Shown here: one piece after another, positions 36,401 through 49,885 of the stretch
Position numbering within the stretch: position 1 is the stretch's first letter
Layout of the letters: every line of letters begins with the position of its first letter
Origin: Raillietiella orientalis
Lineage: Eukaryota
Length of the DNA: 64,000 nucleotides
Direction: 5' to 3'
NCBI GenBank assembly: GCA_036172245.1
Contig: JAYWIR010000044.1
Coordinates: 496,001 to 560,000 of the forward strand
Position numbers and translations under genes: made by a program
Notes under the pieces: model-generated
Told to the model about the DNA's origin: nothing
Database searches by the model: none
What the model saw: the letters and a program-made list of their open reading frames with translations, nothing else

Positions 36401-37799
36401 TCCGAGGGGTTTTTAGATGGGTTTGGTGGGCCCCCGTAATCCGACAGATCATCAGCTGAATTCCGAGCTGAGGATTCCGAGGGAGGAACAGAGGAAGGAG
36501 GAAGAGGGGTGGTCGAAGGTAGGGAGGGGAAGGAAGAGCGAAAAGGGGGCCAAGCAGCTGCAGACCAAGCAGCTGCAGAGTTTGCTCAACAAGAGGAGAA
36601 ACGCTACCTCTTTCACTTCCGGTTGAGAGAAGCTCTTTCGCCTTCTCGCCGAGCGGAGCCGGGTCTCTGAGGAAGACTCGACGACTCTCAGGTCCCCTTT
36701 CTCAGCAACGCGGGCAAGCCGATGTGAAGGCGCGATTCGGCACCCTCGGTCGCACAATCTGAGGGGGAATTCAAGGCTGTGCTTGCTAAGGAAGGCACGC
36801 GCAACCTCGCCTTCCTTCTGGAGCGCGCACAGGTGCCAGTCGATGGCGCCGCGTCTGCCGGCCGCTATTCGGCGTTTCCCCGCAGCGCGGCAGCTGCAAC
36901 CGGAAGGCGCTCGAGCCATGATGGAGGAGAGACGCGCAGGCGCGGAGCAGCCTTCCGCGCTGGCCGAAATTCCGGATGCCATCGCGAGGACTGAAGAAGG
37001 GAATAGCACCAGGGAGACTGCCAGTGCTCCGCTGAGGAACCCTCGTGCTGCGGCTGCCGGAACCCACCGGGAACAGATCTACCACACGCCCGCGCTCTTC
37101 CCATCGGTAAGGGTTCGTCTGTTCCCGGTTTGCACAGGCCGAGCGTCAGCCAGCCGATCGCGGCTGCCAATCAGAAAGTCGACTTGCCCTTCAATCTGTA
37201 GGCTGCTGCTGCTCCGCATTTTCTCCTTTTTAATCAAAACGCTGGTGATGAAGAGAAAGAAGATAGATGCGTGGACTGCGGGATGGTATCGGCGAACGTT
37301 CCTGTTCCCTCCGAACATTCCCGCCATGATCTCCATCTTCTCCTCCTTCGGCGTTGCGAGGTCCTGGTGCAGCTTCGGGAACGTGAGGCGAGGTTTTCCT
37401 ACCACCAGAGGCCTTGCAGAGCTCGTCTTGGCTGCTGTCTGTCCGGTATTTCACTCTGGAGTCACTCGGGATTCCCCCAAGACAAAAGCAGCAGACGGTC
37501 GTCCTGAGTTTCCAACGGCAGATCGCTCCTGCAGACCGTCTCCCCAGCCACCTTCAAGTTTCGGATATCGTGCCGGCTGGAAGCCATGGTGAAGACATCC
37601 TAGTTTTCGTTTCTAGTGCGAAAGAGTTTCCGGAGGTCTTCTTTTACCGTTTTGAACCACGCATAGTTGTTTTGGTTCTTCTAAAGCTCGAGTTTGAGGA
37701 ACACTTTGTTGTGCCTGTGGGCAGATCTTGCATCGAAGAAGCGCGTTCTACCTCCGGAAAGAGCAAAGAGCGCTGAGCCTACTCCTGAACGTCAGCTCT

Positions 37800-38640
37800 G
37801 CCATGCAGCAGCGAGCCTCGACACAAAAGATCTTCTCTGACCCTCTCCTCCGTCTTCAGCTTCTCGCTCAGGCGAGAGGATGCACCTTCGAGGAGCCCTC
37901 CGAGGAGTCAAAGCAGGAGTCTCAGTGTTGTGAAAGACTTGTTGAGCCTCACGCCGACACTGGAAGAACTAAGAATGGTCCGGTTCCTCTGGTAGCCCGT
38001 CAGCGAAACGAGCGCTGCTGTCTTTGCGTGCAAAGTTCCTCAGCACGTGACCTGCTGAGAGGGACTAGCAGCCTCTCTGCTCCTCCGTAGCTTCAGCAAC
38101 AGATGGAAGAACCGTCTCCTTGGAGTAGCCGGCTTCTCCGCTACGGCAGGAGACATGAATCTCCTGTCTCGCGTCGGATGAGGTTACCCACAGGCATAAG
38201 GCGTCAAAGCAGGAGAAGGAGGATACCTGGGAATGGTTGGTTCCGTTCCGTCCTAGACCACAGCAAGCCACTTCTCAAGGTCAGTCAGGAAGTGGAGGCC
38301 TTAAGACCTGGACACGCGCCATTGCCAACCGATTAGCCGCATCTGCAGAGAGTCACTCGCTACTGGTGGTTTCCTGACTGACGGCAAGAATGGCAAATCC
38401 CTCGAGGGGCTGGAACAGAAGCCATCCATTCTGCACAATGACTATCCAGCATTCCTGTGGGTAAACTTGTCGGTCCCGCATTCCTTTTGGAAAGATCGGT
38501 ACATCCCTTCCGGTAGCTGCACACGACTGGATTTCTCGTGCAGCCAGCGCCGATAATTTTTCGAACCAAGAAAAATAAACAAAGCAGGTCATCAATCTTG
38601 CGATTTCACGAGGAGTGACATTACTATGCGTGTGAGAGTC
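37800..38640 (-). mobile_element. Non-LTR RT fragment
   Basis: GRDVPIFPKGMRDRQVYP (G.T..I...GVRQG.PLSP) followed by AILAVSQE (LAYADD-like). Confidence 0.35.
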
Positions 38641-39199
38641 ACACCGTGAGCTCCGATGAGCTCTTCGAAATTGCGATCGGTTGATTGGAGCAGCACTGTA
38701 GTTCCGTAATTGCAGCGATGCTTGTATAGATAATGTAGGCTGTATACACGTTTTTTTTTCTTTTTATGATGAAGATATTGACTTACATAAAGCTTCTTGT
38801 AAAAGGACTTCAAGATTTGAATTCTATTGGAACTTTAGGTATTTTTTTACACTGATGGCATCCTTTTCATATCTTTCAAAAATGGTGAATTTCAACGGAG
38901 GGTTAAACAGTCTGCAGTCCCCATGATTGGGCTTTGGTGCATCCAGGAATTTCGATTTGAAGATCCAAAGAGGGAAACATGTTTTGGATGTCCTCTTTGT
39001 AACTATGAATCATTTGAATCACATCCAGCAAATTGAAGGATGAAAGCACATTGATAAAGTATTGAAAAATGGTTTTGGATTGTTATTCCCAGAGCATAAA
39101 ATCCTACAGCAGGCACAGTATCTAGAGGAAAAACAAGGACGTAATGTCACTCAATGACTCCCCAGCGACTCTCAGGTCGTCTGGACTCGGCTAAGAGTC

Positions 39200-40600
39200 A
39201 AGAAAAGGAGGGTCAGAGAAAGCGGACAAGAACGAAAGAAAGAGAAAAGGGATAGAGGGGGAAAAGTCAATGGTTCCAGTCGCTGCGTCTTCTGCAGCCT
39301 GCCTATGCAGACGGCGTCCTCCTTCAGTCGTTGCTGCAGATGAGGACATTTGGCCACATGCCTCTTCCCTGAGGAAGCTAGCATCGCATGGCTTTCAACG
39401 CTTCCTGCATCTCTTCCTGCCTCCGAGACGATCTCGCAGTCGGCTGCCTTCCGGGAAAGTCAAGTGAGAAAGTCAAGGCAGAGAGACGCGGGTCATTCCA
39501 CAACGTTCTTCATCTCCGAGCTTTCCGTTCTTGCCGGCTCGACTCTTGAGTGTGGCGAGAAGCCTGGAAGATTTGAACGATCCGGTTGGCAGGGGAAAGT
39601 CTGTCACTCGTGAGGCAGTTCTTCGACGAGGGCGTCCAGCTGCAGCCGGGCACGCTTATGTCGAGGGGCCCCATGCTGTGGCTTCTTCCAGGCTTACAGG
39701 TGTGAAGAGACGTCAGTGAAGTCACCATGGAAATGGAGGGGTCCCTCGTTTAGCCGGGTCCTGAAACGGGAAGCGGTCGAGGAAGTTCATGAATGCACGC
39801 AGGAATCGAGGAAGGGAGGGGTCTCCCCCTCCTCAGCTGCCGTTTTCCTGACGACCGCCACTCGCCCATCCACCCCGCATTTGATCCTTGACTCTCGAGT
39901 CAAGTCTGCAGGTCGCATGCTTGCTGCCGAGGCACCACCCCGCTTCCACGGCGCCCGCGTTATTCGCCTGCTACGTGATACAGGATGCCCTGGAGGATAT
40001 TCTTCCTTCCAGGGCACACTCGATCGGAGCGTCGCTGCCGAGGTTGGAACCCGCTCTGTCGAGAGCGGAGAGCGCGCCGCTGACTCCGTGCCTCCAGTGC
40101 TCAAGGGGATGGACGTTCGTCCCCGGGTTCCGCGGGTGAAGCTCCGTAATCCGTTGCCGAAGCAGTAAACAGATCTCCTGCTGCAAGCACATTTTCCAGC
40201 TGATCTTTGGTTTGAGTCGTCCGATGTGTGGGTCACCTCGGACGTTGCGGTCCAGCCGACGCTTTCTCTGCATCCGGTGCCGGAGGGCGCCATCGATCGG
40301 GCGCGCGGATCTAGGATTTCCGGATATCGGAGTGTTCGATCGCTTCCGGGTCCCGAGTTCACGAGCACGTTCTTCCCCCTACCGGAGTGGTCCTCCCGCA
40401 GAGCACGTTGGGGTCGACCTCACGAGATTTGCTGTTTCCTAGCTGTCGAGTCAGGCCAGATGTTTCCGGAACGCTCTCCAGGAGACGCGCGTCGTCCTCA
40501 GGCGCATCCCGACCTTTTCTTCATAGAGAAAGGTCTGGGAGTGGCTGCTGGTCAGCACCTTAAGAATCAAGCGTTCCCTAGAATTCCCGTCTCGTGAGAC
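39200..40600 (-). mobile_element. Decayed NeSL/Utopia-like RT
   Basis: NSGPGSDRTLRYPEILDPRAR matches NTAPGPDRLTY..W...DP.A; EEGETPPF lies downstream. Confidence 0.65.
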
Positions 40601-40859
40601 GCTGCCTTCGTCCCGCGGCTGCCAGGAGCTCCGTGAGGCCGTGAGAACAGATGATACTGCCTCTGGTAGTGGCTTGTTATGTTTCCTTCCTCATGCCCTG
40701 CATACGAGGCAAACTACTCATGTTAACCTTGCTTCGTGGCCACTCTTCATGTGACTAAGTGATCAAGTTGGGTCGCACTTGCAAATCTCGGGTCTCCATT
40801 CCTCGGGTGTGTGCTCGCTACAGATTACCTATCCTGATGTTTGGTTCGCCAACAACTGA

Positions 40860-42130
40860 AGAACCGTTGGCTTCTTTAGAAGAAGGGGGGCTAACGAAGT
40901 TGTTTGACCCTGTCCACGAGTGTGACTTTCCAGGTTATACGAGGGTACTCCACTAGGAGACCACCCTATGAATCCAAGAAGCTTCCTCTTACGCTTAGGA
41001 GGAAACCCCTAAGAAAACCATTGTTCCGGTTGTCTCTGAAGGAAACTCGAAAGAAAACATCTTCCTGATCCCCCCTGGAAGGGTCCTTTAGATGGGACCC
41101 TTCCTTGTTTCTACTCTGGAGGGAATCCGAAAGAGAACCGTTCCATGTTTCCTCGGCAGAAAAGAACGCCGAAGGGTCGCTTCTCGAAGGTAGCAGAGCG
41201 CTTCTTGCACTCTGGAGAGACAACCCTCCGATGGAAGGTATCAACCAGCTTCATGCTACATGATGGAGGGTCCCCCTCTATGGGTGGGACGACTCCATTT
41301 TCACATCCGGAAAGAAACCCCGACGCTCTTTGATGTCTTGGAAGGAGCCCGGAGGGTCGATTTCCAATCCCGGCCGGTCAGTGGGGATATTCGGCTTCCT
41401 GCTTCCACCAGTTCCGCACCTCCTGGTAGACTGTGTTGCCCTCCAGACCCTTTGGGGATTCTTAGCCACGGCCCTAGGGACTCCAGACGGCAACGCCAGA
41501 AACGTTTTAAAGCGCCTCTTCCTGAACGACACCCTCTCGCCGGCCTCATCCCTAGCAGCACTGGGCTGCCTACGCGGGATCGTGGCCTCATGGAACAACG
41601 CCAGAGGGCAGAACGATAGGGATGCCATCCATTTTGCTGTCCTCTACATGAGGACAGAGTCAAGATGGCCCCATCTGGGAACCATAAAACAGAAACTTGC
41701 CGGCATCCTTACAAGGATACAGCGGGTACCCTCCAACACACAGTGGTCCCTTACCGAATCCTCCCTCTTTCCCTTCACCCTTTTGACTGCAGTTTTTTTG
41801 GTTTGTTTTTCTCTTTTTGTTTGTATTTCCTTCCCTCGTGCTGAGCACCCTGCTGGCCTGCGTGCCGGATCCCGGCATGCCCCTTTTCGTATTCATAAGT
41901 AACGTGGCAGAATCAAACGTCCTACCACAGACATGTAGGTTTGGAAATAAACGCCCCGGCGTAACCGGGTGTCAACCAGTGCCGCACCCGAAGACAAGCA
42001 ATGTCATCTTGCAGGGAGACTCGAAACTCATGACGCACTCGCCATTCCTTGCATCGATCCTCCACGTGGGGATTCGAACCCTCAACGCTTGACACCACGA
42101 GCGCAGACCTCAACCACGCGGCCTTCAGCG
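40860..42130 (-). mobile_element. tRNA-headed SINE-like repeat, copy 2, interrupted by a LINE fragment
   Basis: Head with B-box GGTTCGAATCC (reverse of 42070-42080); body 40860-41420 aligns with 62390-62930. Confidence 0.7.
41421..41974 (+). mobile_element. 5'-truncated L1/Tx1-type insertion with target-site duplication
   Basis: PHLLVDCVALQTLW...RWPHL; ends AATAAACGCCCCGGCGTAACCGGGTG; flanked by accagt(t/g)ccgcacc at 41407-41420 and 41975-41988. Confidence 0.8.
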
Positions 42131-42699
42131 CAGACTCTCCCAACTCTGACGCATGGCAGCAGGAGGCCAAGGACAGCTGCAAGCAGGTTCGATTTTGCAT
42201 CTAATCCGGCATCTGGGAAGAGACTGCTCGGAGATAACGGGATCGAAACGGGCCCGCTTCCACGGCATTAGTCCCGGTACCCTTCTACTTCCTATGGGAG
42301 GGCAGCTTCCGGCCGGAAGAATGAGAGTTCTTGCAATGCCTCGATCCCCGAAGCAGCGAAACCCCTAGGCAGCATCTCCGGACAGTGCGGCCTCTGTAGG
42401 GTTCTGGAGAAACCGCGGTTTCCGCCAACCTTTTGAGAGAACGCGTCTCTACGGTTTCCCTCTCCGTGCGGCCGGCCTCTGGAGAGCTTCGTCTTCCGAT
42501 GAAAATAAGCATGAACGGTGGAAACATGATCTCTTCTCAACTTCAAGAAGAGATGGGTTGCCTTGCGGACTTGTGAGACGGTCACTAGAAGAATGTCTCT
42601 TTATTTGCTTACTCCTAACCTCAACCGTACCGGTCGAGGTGAGGAGCCAGCAAGTAAAATGAAGAAATGCGTGTGGTAGGATAAAGGTGGTTCTCTGCA

Positions 42700-45300
42700 G
42701 CGCCTGTGTGTCATGCAAGTGGGTGCCTGCCTTCTCTTCTCGTTTCAGATGGGGTCATCTCTCCACCCTCGATATCTTGGGAAGGACGAAGCGCCTTGCC
42801 TCCGAGATTTGCTGGCTCAACCCTTTCGGCATGGTGAATCGCCTGCGCCCTTCCGGGCTCTAAACGGAGGCAGGACACCCGAGTGGCAAGTGAAGGTCCG
42901 TCCTGAGTGAATAAAGCAGAAGCAGAGAGACCCCCAGTGGATTTCGGGGTGAACCTAGGCAGCTGCAAAGAGCACTGAGACTCTCACGAACAGACCCAGC
43001 GAGAGTACAGCAGGGTTCTTCAAGTCGAAGGACCTGCGGCTACTCTGCTTTCCTCACCGTCTGAGCAGAGATCTCAACACTCAAGCTCCGTGTCCAAGAA
43101 ATGCAGATCTCTTGAAAGCTGCCCTTGTCTCCAGCTGGCCACTGCGGAATCGTGTAAGATGAGGCGCCGTCCCACCCTGTGGCTGCTGCCACCGGTGCCG
43201 AATTGCGGAAAACAGAAAACGCACTTCTGCACTGGCGCCGCAAACTATCTCTTCATTTCTTTGCCAGATGTTCGAGCACACATCAGAATCGCCAGATTGG
43301 AATGAAGCCATCCCAGAACTTGACAACGTCGTGCATCGTGTCTCACGCATCTATTTTTTCCCCTACAACAACGCACTTTCCGTATCCATGACTCAACCTG
43401 AGACGGTTGATCAAGCTGTTCGCGTCATTTCCAGCTACCCAAGCAGCTTCGCATCCTCTGCTGGACCGTTCGCGAGCATGGAGCTCCCGCTGTAGCGTGG
43501 GTTCTGACCTTCTCCTTTGGCTCTTTTGGATTTCAGATAGCAGTGGGATCTACAATCGCCATCGTCCAAAGTGAAAGACTCTCCTGCGAGTTGGTCCATC
43601 TGTAGACGTGCAGACTCTCGTACGTAGTCCTCGTGTCAGCACAGCGGTGCCCAGGTCGGTCTTGTTTTGCCCTCAATCACAGCAGAATCGTGTCAGAAGA
43701 CGAACATGGAGGTACCTGCTCGAGATAGTCACGTGAATGCGCACGTCGAGGATCACAATCTCTCCTCAAATTCTGAATACACGAGTCAATCATTAAGTGC
43801 AGGGAGGGAAGCTCCGTAGAAAATTGTGCTGAACCCATTCTCAATGAAAGCTTAGTCGCGGAAGCCATCCAGATTAGTGGGGGAAGGTGCACTTGCTGCA
43901 TTTTTCTCTTGAAATGTGTGCGTGTCTCATCCGGAGGGAATTCGCTGGAAGAGGACAGCGAGCGCTTGGAACGGGGGCTTCCATTTTCCAGCTTGCCTGC
44001 ACTTCGGATGGGTTCACACTCATGGGCTGACCTTCGAAACCACCTCCTTTGACCCTGAATCAGATAGAGAACCAAGCCCTGATTAGTTATCCCTTGCGAA
44101 CCATTATCCCGAAGGTGGAATCCTGGTTCATTTCTTCTGCTTTCCACATCCATCCAGCTTCCTTTCTCTACGTACTCAGGGACCGTTGTTGCACCACATA
44201 GGGACATCAGAGCAGCCTGAAGCAACGTGGGCATATGGGGGATAACAGAACCCTTCCCCTGCTCCGCATCCAAGGTTTGCGTGAATCCTAAAGTTCCAGG
44301 AGAGAACGCAGAAGGGCTCACTTCTAACTCACCCGAAGCCTGGAACCGTCCAGGCGTCATCTTTCGGGGAAACTCGAAACCATCTGTCCCTGCAGGTATT
44401 CGAATCTAAAGTACCGGATTCTGGACCGCCGGCTCCAGCCACATTCCTCAAATCAGCAGGCGTGGTGACACGGCAAACAAAGTAGGCCTGTTCCCGGAAA
44501 CAGATTCGAAAAGGACGAATGTCAGAGCACTGCACAAAGAACAACCCATTCTCTTCACAGAAAGACACTTCAAAGCATGGTTCGCACCTAATGGGCTCCG
44601 AGTTTGGGAAACAGCGTGCGCCACCAGAGTGGCCAATTGGGTTTTCGAAACTTCCCATGGCAGTGGTACTTCTAAAGCAAACACAAGAAAGCATGCAGCA
44701 GCTAATTAAATGCATGCAGCAGCTTCGTGAAAAAGGACGCCGCCACGAAACGTGTCGGGGGTAGCAAAGGCGTCTGCAGGCTGGAGCATTTGGATTGCTC
44801 AAAGAGACCACAGAAGACACTATCGGAAGCCTCTGAGAAACGGCAAGAAAAGCTCTCGTAATGAACGCCGGCAAGATGGAATTGTGTTTCCTATTTTATC
44901 TCAAAGCACGGCAAACACTGGGATGCTACGGGATGGGCAGGAAACACGTCCTTCTGTAGTTGTTCCAGTTGCATCCTCCATTGTGTTCTTCAGAGAGAAG
45001 AAACGTTCCTCGGTCGTCAGCTGCGGTGAGGTTCCGATCTTTGGTCCCTTCTCCGAGGTTATCCATCCGACCGTCTTGTTCGGTTATGATCGTATCAGTG
45101 ATGGGGCGATGATTCTGAAGCGATGTTCACGCACCGAATCCCCTAACGTTTCCATCCCCACGGCTTTCTCCCCAGACTGCAAGCGGGCGCGGTCAAGGAG
45201 AGAGAAGGCCACAGCTGCAGCTCGCTTTCCCGGTCAGGCTTTGCGCACGGTCAGTATCCCAGACGGGGACGGAAGCCGGCATGGGATTACCGCTAGCTGG
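42700..45300 (-). mobile_element. Decayed RLE retrotransposon
   Basis: RKHNSIL, GSFENPIGHSGGARCFPNSEP, VKGGGF and LCSCLGS occur in RT-to-RLE order. Confidence 0.45.
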
Positions 45301-45699
45301 AAACCTCATCCGATGCCAGGACCAGAACGGTGCGAAACGCCGCTGCCTCTTCAAGGGGGAACGACGCAGGCGTGTCATCTGTGATTTACGAGCTGTCCGG
45401 TGTTGCACCAGAATGGTATACGGCAGTGACGGAGCCTTTTCGAGTGGCAGGCTTGGTTAAATCTGTCAGCACACGTATCGCAGAGGGCAACCAGACGCTT
45501 GTTGCTCGGCGAAAAAACAGTCCCGGCATCTTAAATAGTGAATTTATTCTCACGATAATGTACTTGAAAAATGAAATCACCTCATGGGATTTTTATACCG
45601 CATCACGTGAGGAAGGAGGCTGATGGATAGTACGATGAGTGCTTGATTTATACGTTTAACGCGCTGAGATAATCCGCACTTTGGGATGATTCGGTGCCA

Positions 45700-48350
45700 G
45701 AGGTTCGCTCTGCTTCTGGAGCCAGTGTTCCAGTGTTTGGTTCGTGTTGTTTGTCGCCTCCAAGGCAGCTCAAGGTCCGGAATTTTCAACAGCGGATTGA
45801 TTTATTCCCTCGGAAATCGTAACCGAAACGAAGTCTCGCGCAAACACGTCGAAGAGGAGGTCGTCAAAGTTGGGAAACGCCCTTCCGCCCTTCTTCCTGA
45901 ATTCAATAAATGCGCCTCTCCGTGTCGGACGGGACTGGAGACAGGCAGAGACTCGCGCTCAAGATCGGATGGGTGCCGAGAATTTCGGCAGCCTCCCATT
46001 CCGTGAACGAAGCACTGATCGATATGCCTTGGAAACCGAAATGAATGGTCCATTTTCTTTGGCTCTTTTTCTTATCCCCGTATCTGGAGAAATGCTTTCT
46101 GCGTGCCAGCGAAATATTGCGCTGTGCCGATTTTGGCATCCATGACGCTGATGCAGGGCACGACAGACTTCCGAGCGTGTGGAACGCAACTCAAGTCTGG
46201 CGCCGTTGCTAGGAGAGGATTCTAGTACCAAAGTTTAACCCACTGAGAGTGTGCTGTCCATTGCAGTAAGCGGTAGGCGAGGGAAAATCACGAGAGAATT
46301 CCTCAGGATCGTCAGTGTCAGGAAAAAATCGCTTTAGCATTTAAGGGGCGTGGAACATGGAATGGAAAAGTTCCCACGGAAAAGCGAGCCACAGGGTACG
46401 TCATCTATTCCTTTTATCATGTACCAATAGATTGGGACGGGAAGCAGGGAATAGATTCGCTCACTTGGAATGATGAAGAATTCGCCAGCACGGAGGGAGA
46501 TTGTTCAAGGTCTCCGCAGAAATTTCGCAGCAGAACCATTGAGGACCAGTTTCGAAGACGCAGAAGAATGCACATGACCTGGAACATGGAAGAGATCGCG
46601 GCACTCCTGGTAAGTTTCGGAACCAATTGGCAGTGGTGGTCAAAGCAAAGCACATCCTAGTGTTCACCAGATACTGTAGATGGTTGCTGCTTTCAGCGTA
46701 TCCTTATCGGGAGCACTGGGCTCCTAGTAAGGAAACATTGGGTCGGAACATAGGGCCACTGGGGAACAGAAAAGTCTTTGAGTATCCAAGAAAAGAGGCA
46801 GGGAACCCGACGTCTGTGGGAGTCCTGTTCTTATCTACAAAATGTGAATTTCTTTTCAATACGACCGCTGCCGATCGCACACATCCCTGTCTCACTGGCA
46901 TATCCTCGTAGATGCTGAAACAAGCACGCACTCAAGAGTTTGCGTCTCGGTGGAACAATCAAGGAAGATTCTGGAACTTCTGGAACCTTAGCGGCCGCTG
47001 CCCCAAAGCAAGCACGACAATCCTCCTCGAACAAGTTTTCCATTGATCTTGTCTCATCTGTGGAGAGGAAAGAATTCAACTCTGTACCACTTCGACCACG
47101 TGTGCGCTATGTGTGGCCTCTTTTGCTTTCTGGCATCGTATCTCAGAGCACGAGCCATCTGAGCGTCGATCCCAATCGTGTTCTTCTGTTCCCTCTCTAC
47201 GTTCTTTGCGAACCCCATTTCTGAATCCGATGATGCAGTTTTAATTGCGGATTCCATTTTGGTGGGATCCAAGGTAGCTCGCATGCTTTCAATTGCTGGA
47301 TGAAGGATGCAAATTGTCCTTCTCTCCCAACTTCTGGCAGAGGCAAACGCGTAAGCACACGGGAAGAATCCCTAGTCAAGACTTTTCCTTCTACGCAGCA
47401 GGTGCTATGCACTCCAAAAGGCAGCTTGCTCCGGTTGAAAACTCGCACAGCGTTTTGGATGGGTTCCTTTTGGAGTCACGTCTTTGGTTCGCTCTTCTGC
47501 TTCGCCTGACAGAAGGCAATTCAAGCCCACTGAGCAAGCCATCAACACTTCTGCTGCGTTCGAGGCGTGTGGTGAATCATTTCGCACTTATTGAGGATCA
47601 GCAGGTATTCCGCAGGACCATTTGTGCTCATCAGCACATCCATTGGTTATAGGTAGCCTCAAAAAGCCCATCACGCACTCCCCACAACCAATGAATGCCT
47701 TCACTTTTGTCAACACTTTTACCGAAACGATATTAGAAATCGGTTTGGAGGCGTAGAGTGTATGAATTTTCTCGGTACGTTTCGCGTTGTCCGGTCAACT
47801 GCTTCCGGTTGATGCATAGAGGGACGGCGAAATGTTTCGCCCCAGATACTTGGTAAGAAATTTCTGAGTGGATTCTCCCTTTCCAACTGCTCTTTAATGC
47901 CTTCAGAGATCCTATCTAGGGATTTTGGGACGAGTCACCGGCTTGCCTGTGTCGGAAACGAAACGACAAGCTAATAAAAGTGGATCGTAGGTTTCCTTTC
48001 CGATGATTTCCAAAGCTTTTCCAGCTTCCGAGTATTTCCAAGAGTCCATGGCGGGCTGCGAGAATGAACGGGCAGGCAGCCACACGAAAGTTCCTTCCAT
48101 TGGGAAACTCGTTTTGTTTTCATAAAGGGGAAAATAATCGAAGCGGCTATCGAATGCAAGCGGTCGTTCGGGCTCGTTGCGTACATCACCTGAGGCAGTT
48201 TGAACGAGTGCACAGTCTCAGACACATGTGTTGCGTTGACCCTTTCGCAGCGCGGTTTCCGGGCCTCAAAGAACACGAGCTTTCGGATCCGACCCGCGAC
48301 CCTTCCGCTTTTTGATAAAAAGCGGGAGGCATGGAGAGTAACTAGCAGGT
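45700..48350 (+). mobile_element. Decayed RLE retrotransposon
   Basis: FLIPVSGEMLSACQRNIAL (LIPK.GD...WRPIAL), LSHWHILVDA (PWQ.LDA) and AVVRARC (VVGALG). Confidence 0.55.
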
Positions 48351-48559
48351 AGGGAGGAGAATGGGTCGCTCCTGGTGAAGTCAATCCAGGAAATCGCTGA
48401 ATCTTCCACTCTGAATTTTAGCACTCTGAACGGAAAACTTTTCGTACTTCGCGTAGCACGTTCGTATCCGTCAAGTTGCGAAGTTATTAACCATCAGTTG
48501 GTCTCTGGTGATTCTGTGAACAGTGGCATAATGATGTGTCTCAAATGATTCCTGGACAT

Positions 48560-49050
48560 GACGACTGAAAAGTTGCTTCTTCGATTCTTTTTTTTCGTAG
48601 CTGCTTGAGGTGCTTCTGTATTCTCTCTTAAGAACCACCTGTCTATCCACCAAGGCAAAGGTAGACCAGAAACCTGTGAAAAGAGTTCCGCCTTCTAACC
48701 ACACAGGGGGTCTGGTGTTTCGTGAAACAAATGGACCTTGCTCATTCATCCTAACCATGTATAAACCTAAGAACTCGCATGCGCCTTTATGCGCAGAAAG
48801 ATGGATACCTGATGACCCGCCGAATACAGTAACCAGGTGCTTCATGAAGGTCACGGTATGCTTGCCAGTGGTCTCGGAACGAAAGTTTGGCTATCCGTTT
48901 CCAGACTGTCTCGAAGAGACCCCGGAACGTGACCGTCCACCTGAGTGGATACCGACTCAGGTTCACCTGCACCTTCCAGCGGAAATATAGAGGCCTGACG
49001 TAAGTCTTTTTAGTTGTGCTCATAAACAGAAGCAACCACCCGAAAGAATG
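48560..49050 (-). pseudogene. Possible carboxylesterase-family pseudogene fragment
   Basis: VQVNLSRYPL (VT.NYRLG-like) then VTVFGGSSG...GLY (VT.FGESAG...GLF-like); frameshifted. Confidence 0.25.
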
Positions 49051-49355
49051 CATCGTCGATAAGAATGCAAGATCACTTCTTTCTCATTGATTTCAACTAG
49101 AAAGCACTTTCGAAAGAGCTAATCGTGGAAGGTCTGACTGCCCAGTCGATGCGTGTGTGATGCGTATCTTAGCCGAAAGCGCGTCGCGCGTGCCAATGGA
49201 CAGCTTATTGTACGTGACGTGTTTGCTGAGACTTGCATTGTTTTTCTTTTTTCTTTTTTTTTTTAAAGGCCAGTAGCGACCTCATGGGAAGATCGTTGCT
49301 GGGATGATGGGAAACCCCTTTGGATTCCTCTGTTTTCGCTGCTTTTCCTTCCACC

Positions 49356-49885
49356 TTTTTTTTTTTTTTTGGTCCACTAAGTGCTGAAGAACTGTCCGCT
49401 TCCTTAAGGGGCCCATCCAAGGATGCATGTAACTCTTCAGGTTATAGGGAGCAGTCCTGTCAGGACCACCCTATGAATCCGGGAAGGTTCCGGAGGAAGC
49501 AGCGTGTTCCTTTCATGCTTGGTAGGGAACCTCTTCCCTGTTCTCTCTGGATGGACCCACGGAGAGAGGCGCTCCTCATGTCTTCTCTGGAGGGAACGTG
49601 GGAAGGATCCTCTCCTGGAATGTGTCCTCCGGAGGGAACCTCTCCTTGTTACGTTCCCGAAGAGAATCCCGAACGGACACTTCCAGATTTGTCTGGAGAG
49701 AGCTCCACGAAGGGAGCAGCGCGCGCTTCTTGCACTCTAGAAAGGCAATCCATGCTCCGTGGTACGGCTCCATTTTCACAACCGGGGGGGAACTCCAAAA
49801 GGTTTCTTAATTCCTGGAAGGATTTAGCGAGATTCGAACGCGCAGCGCTCGGCACTACTTGCGGAGACCTCAGCCACACCCAGCC
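49356..49885 (-). mobile_element. tRNA-headed SINE-like repeat, copy 3 (internally deleted, A-tailed)
   Basis: Head gtgtggctgaggtctccgc...gttcgaatctc, shared block ccaccctatgaatcc and a T-run at 49356-49370. Confidence 0.65.

Noticed and set aside
36417..37050. Decayed LINE gag/ORF1 zinc knuckles
   Set aside because: Cys/His spacing is too eroded to support the call.
41350..41400. Minus-strand PLTGRDW resembling the Gypsy protease LLGRDW motif (also ~52960, ~62890)
   Set aside because: Lies within the tRNA-headed repeat, with no DTG/DSG upstream and no RT downstream.
42060..42130. Functional tRNA gene
   Set aside because: B-box present but no complete cloverleaf; always attached to the same repeat body.
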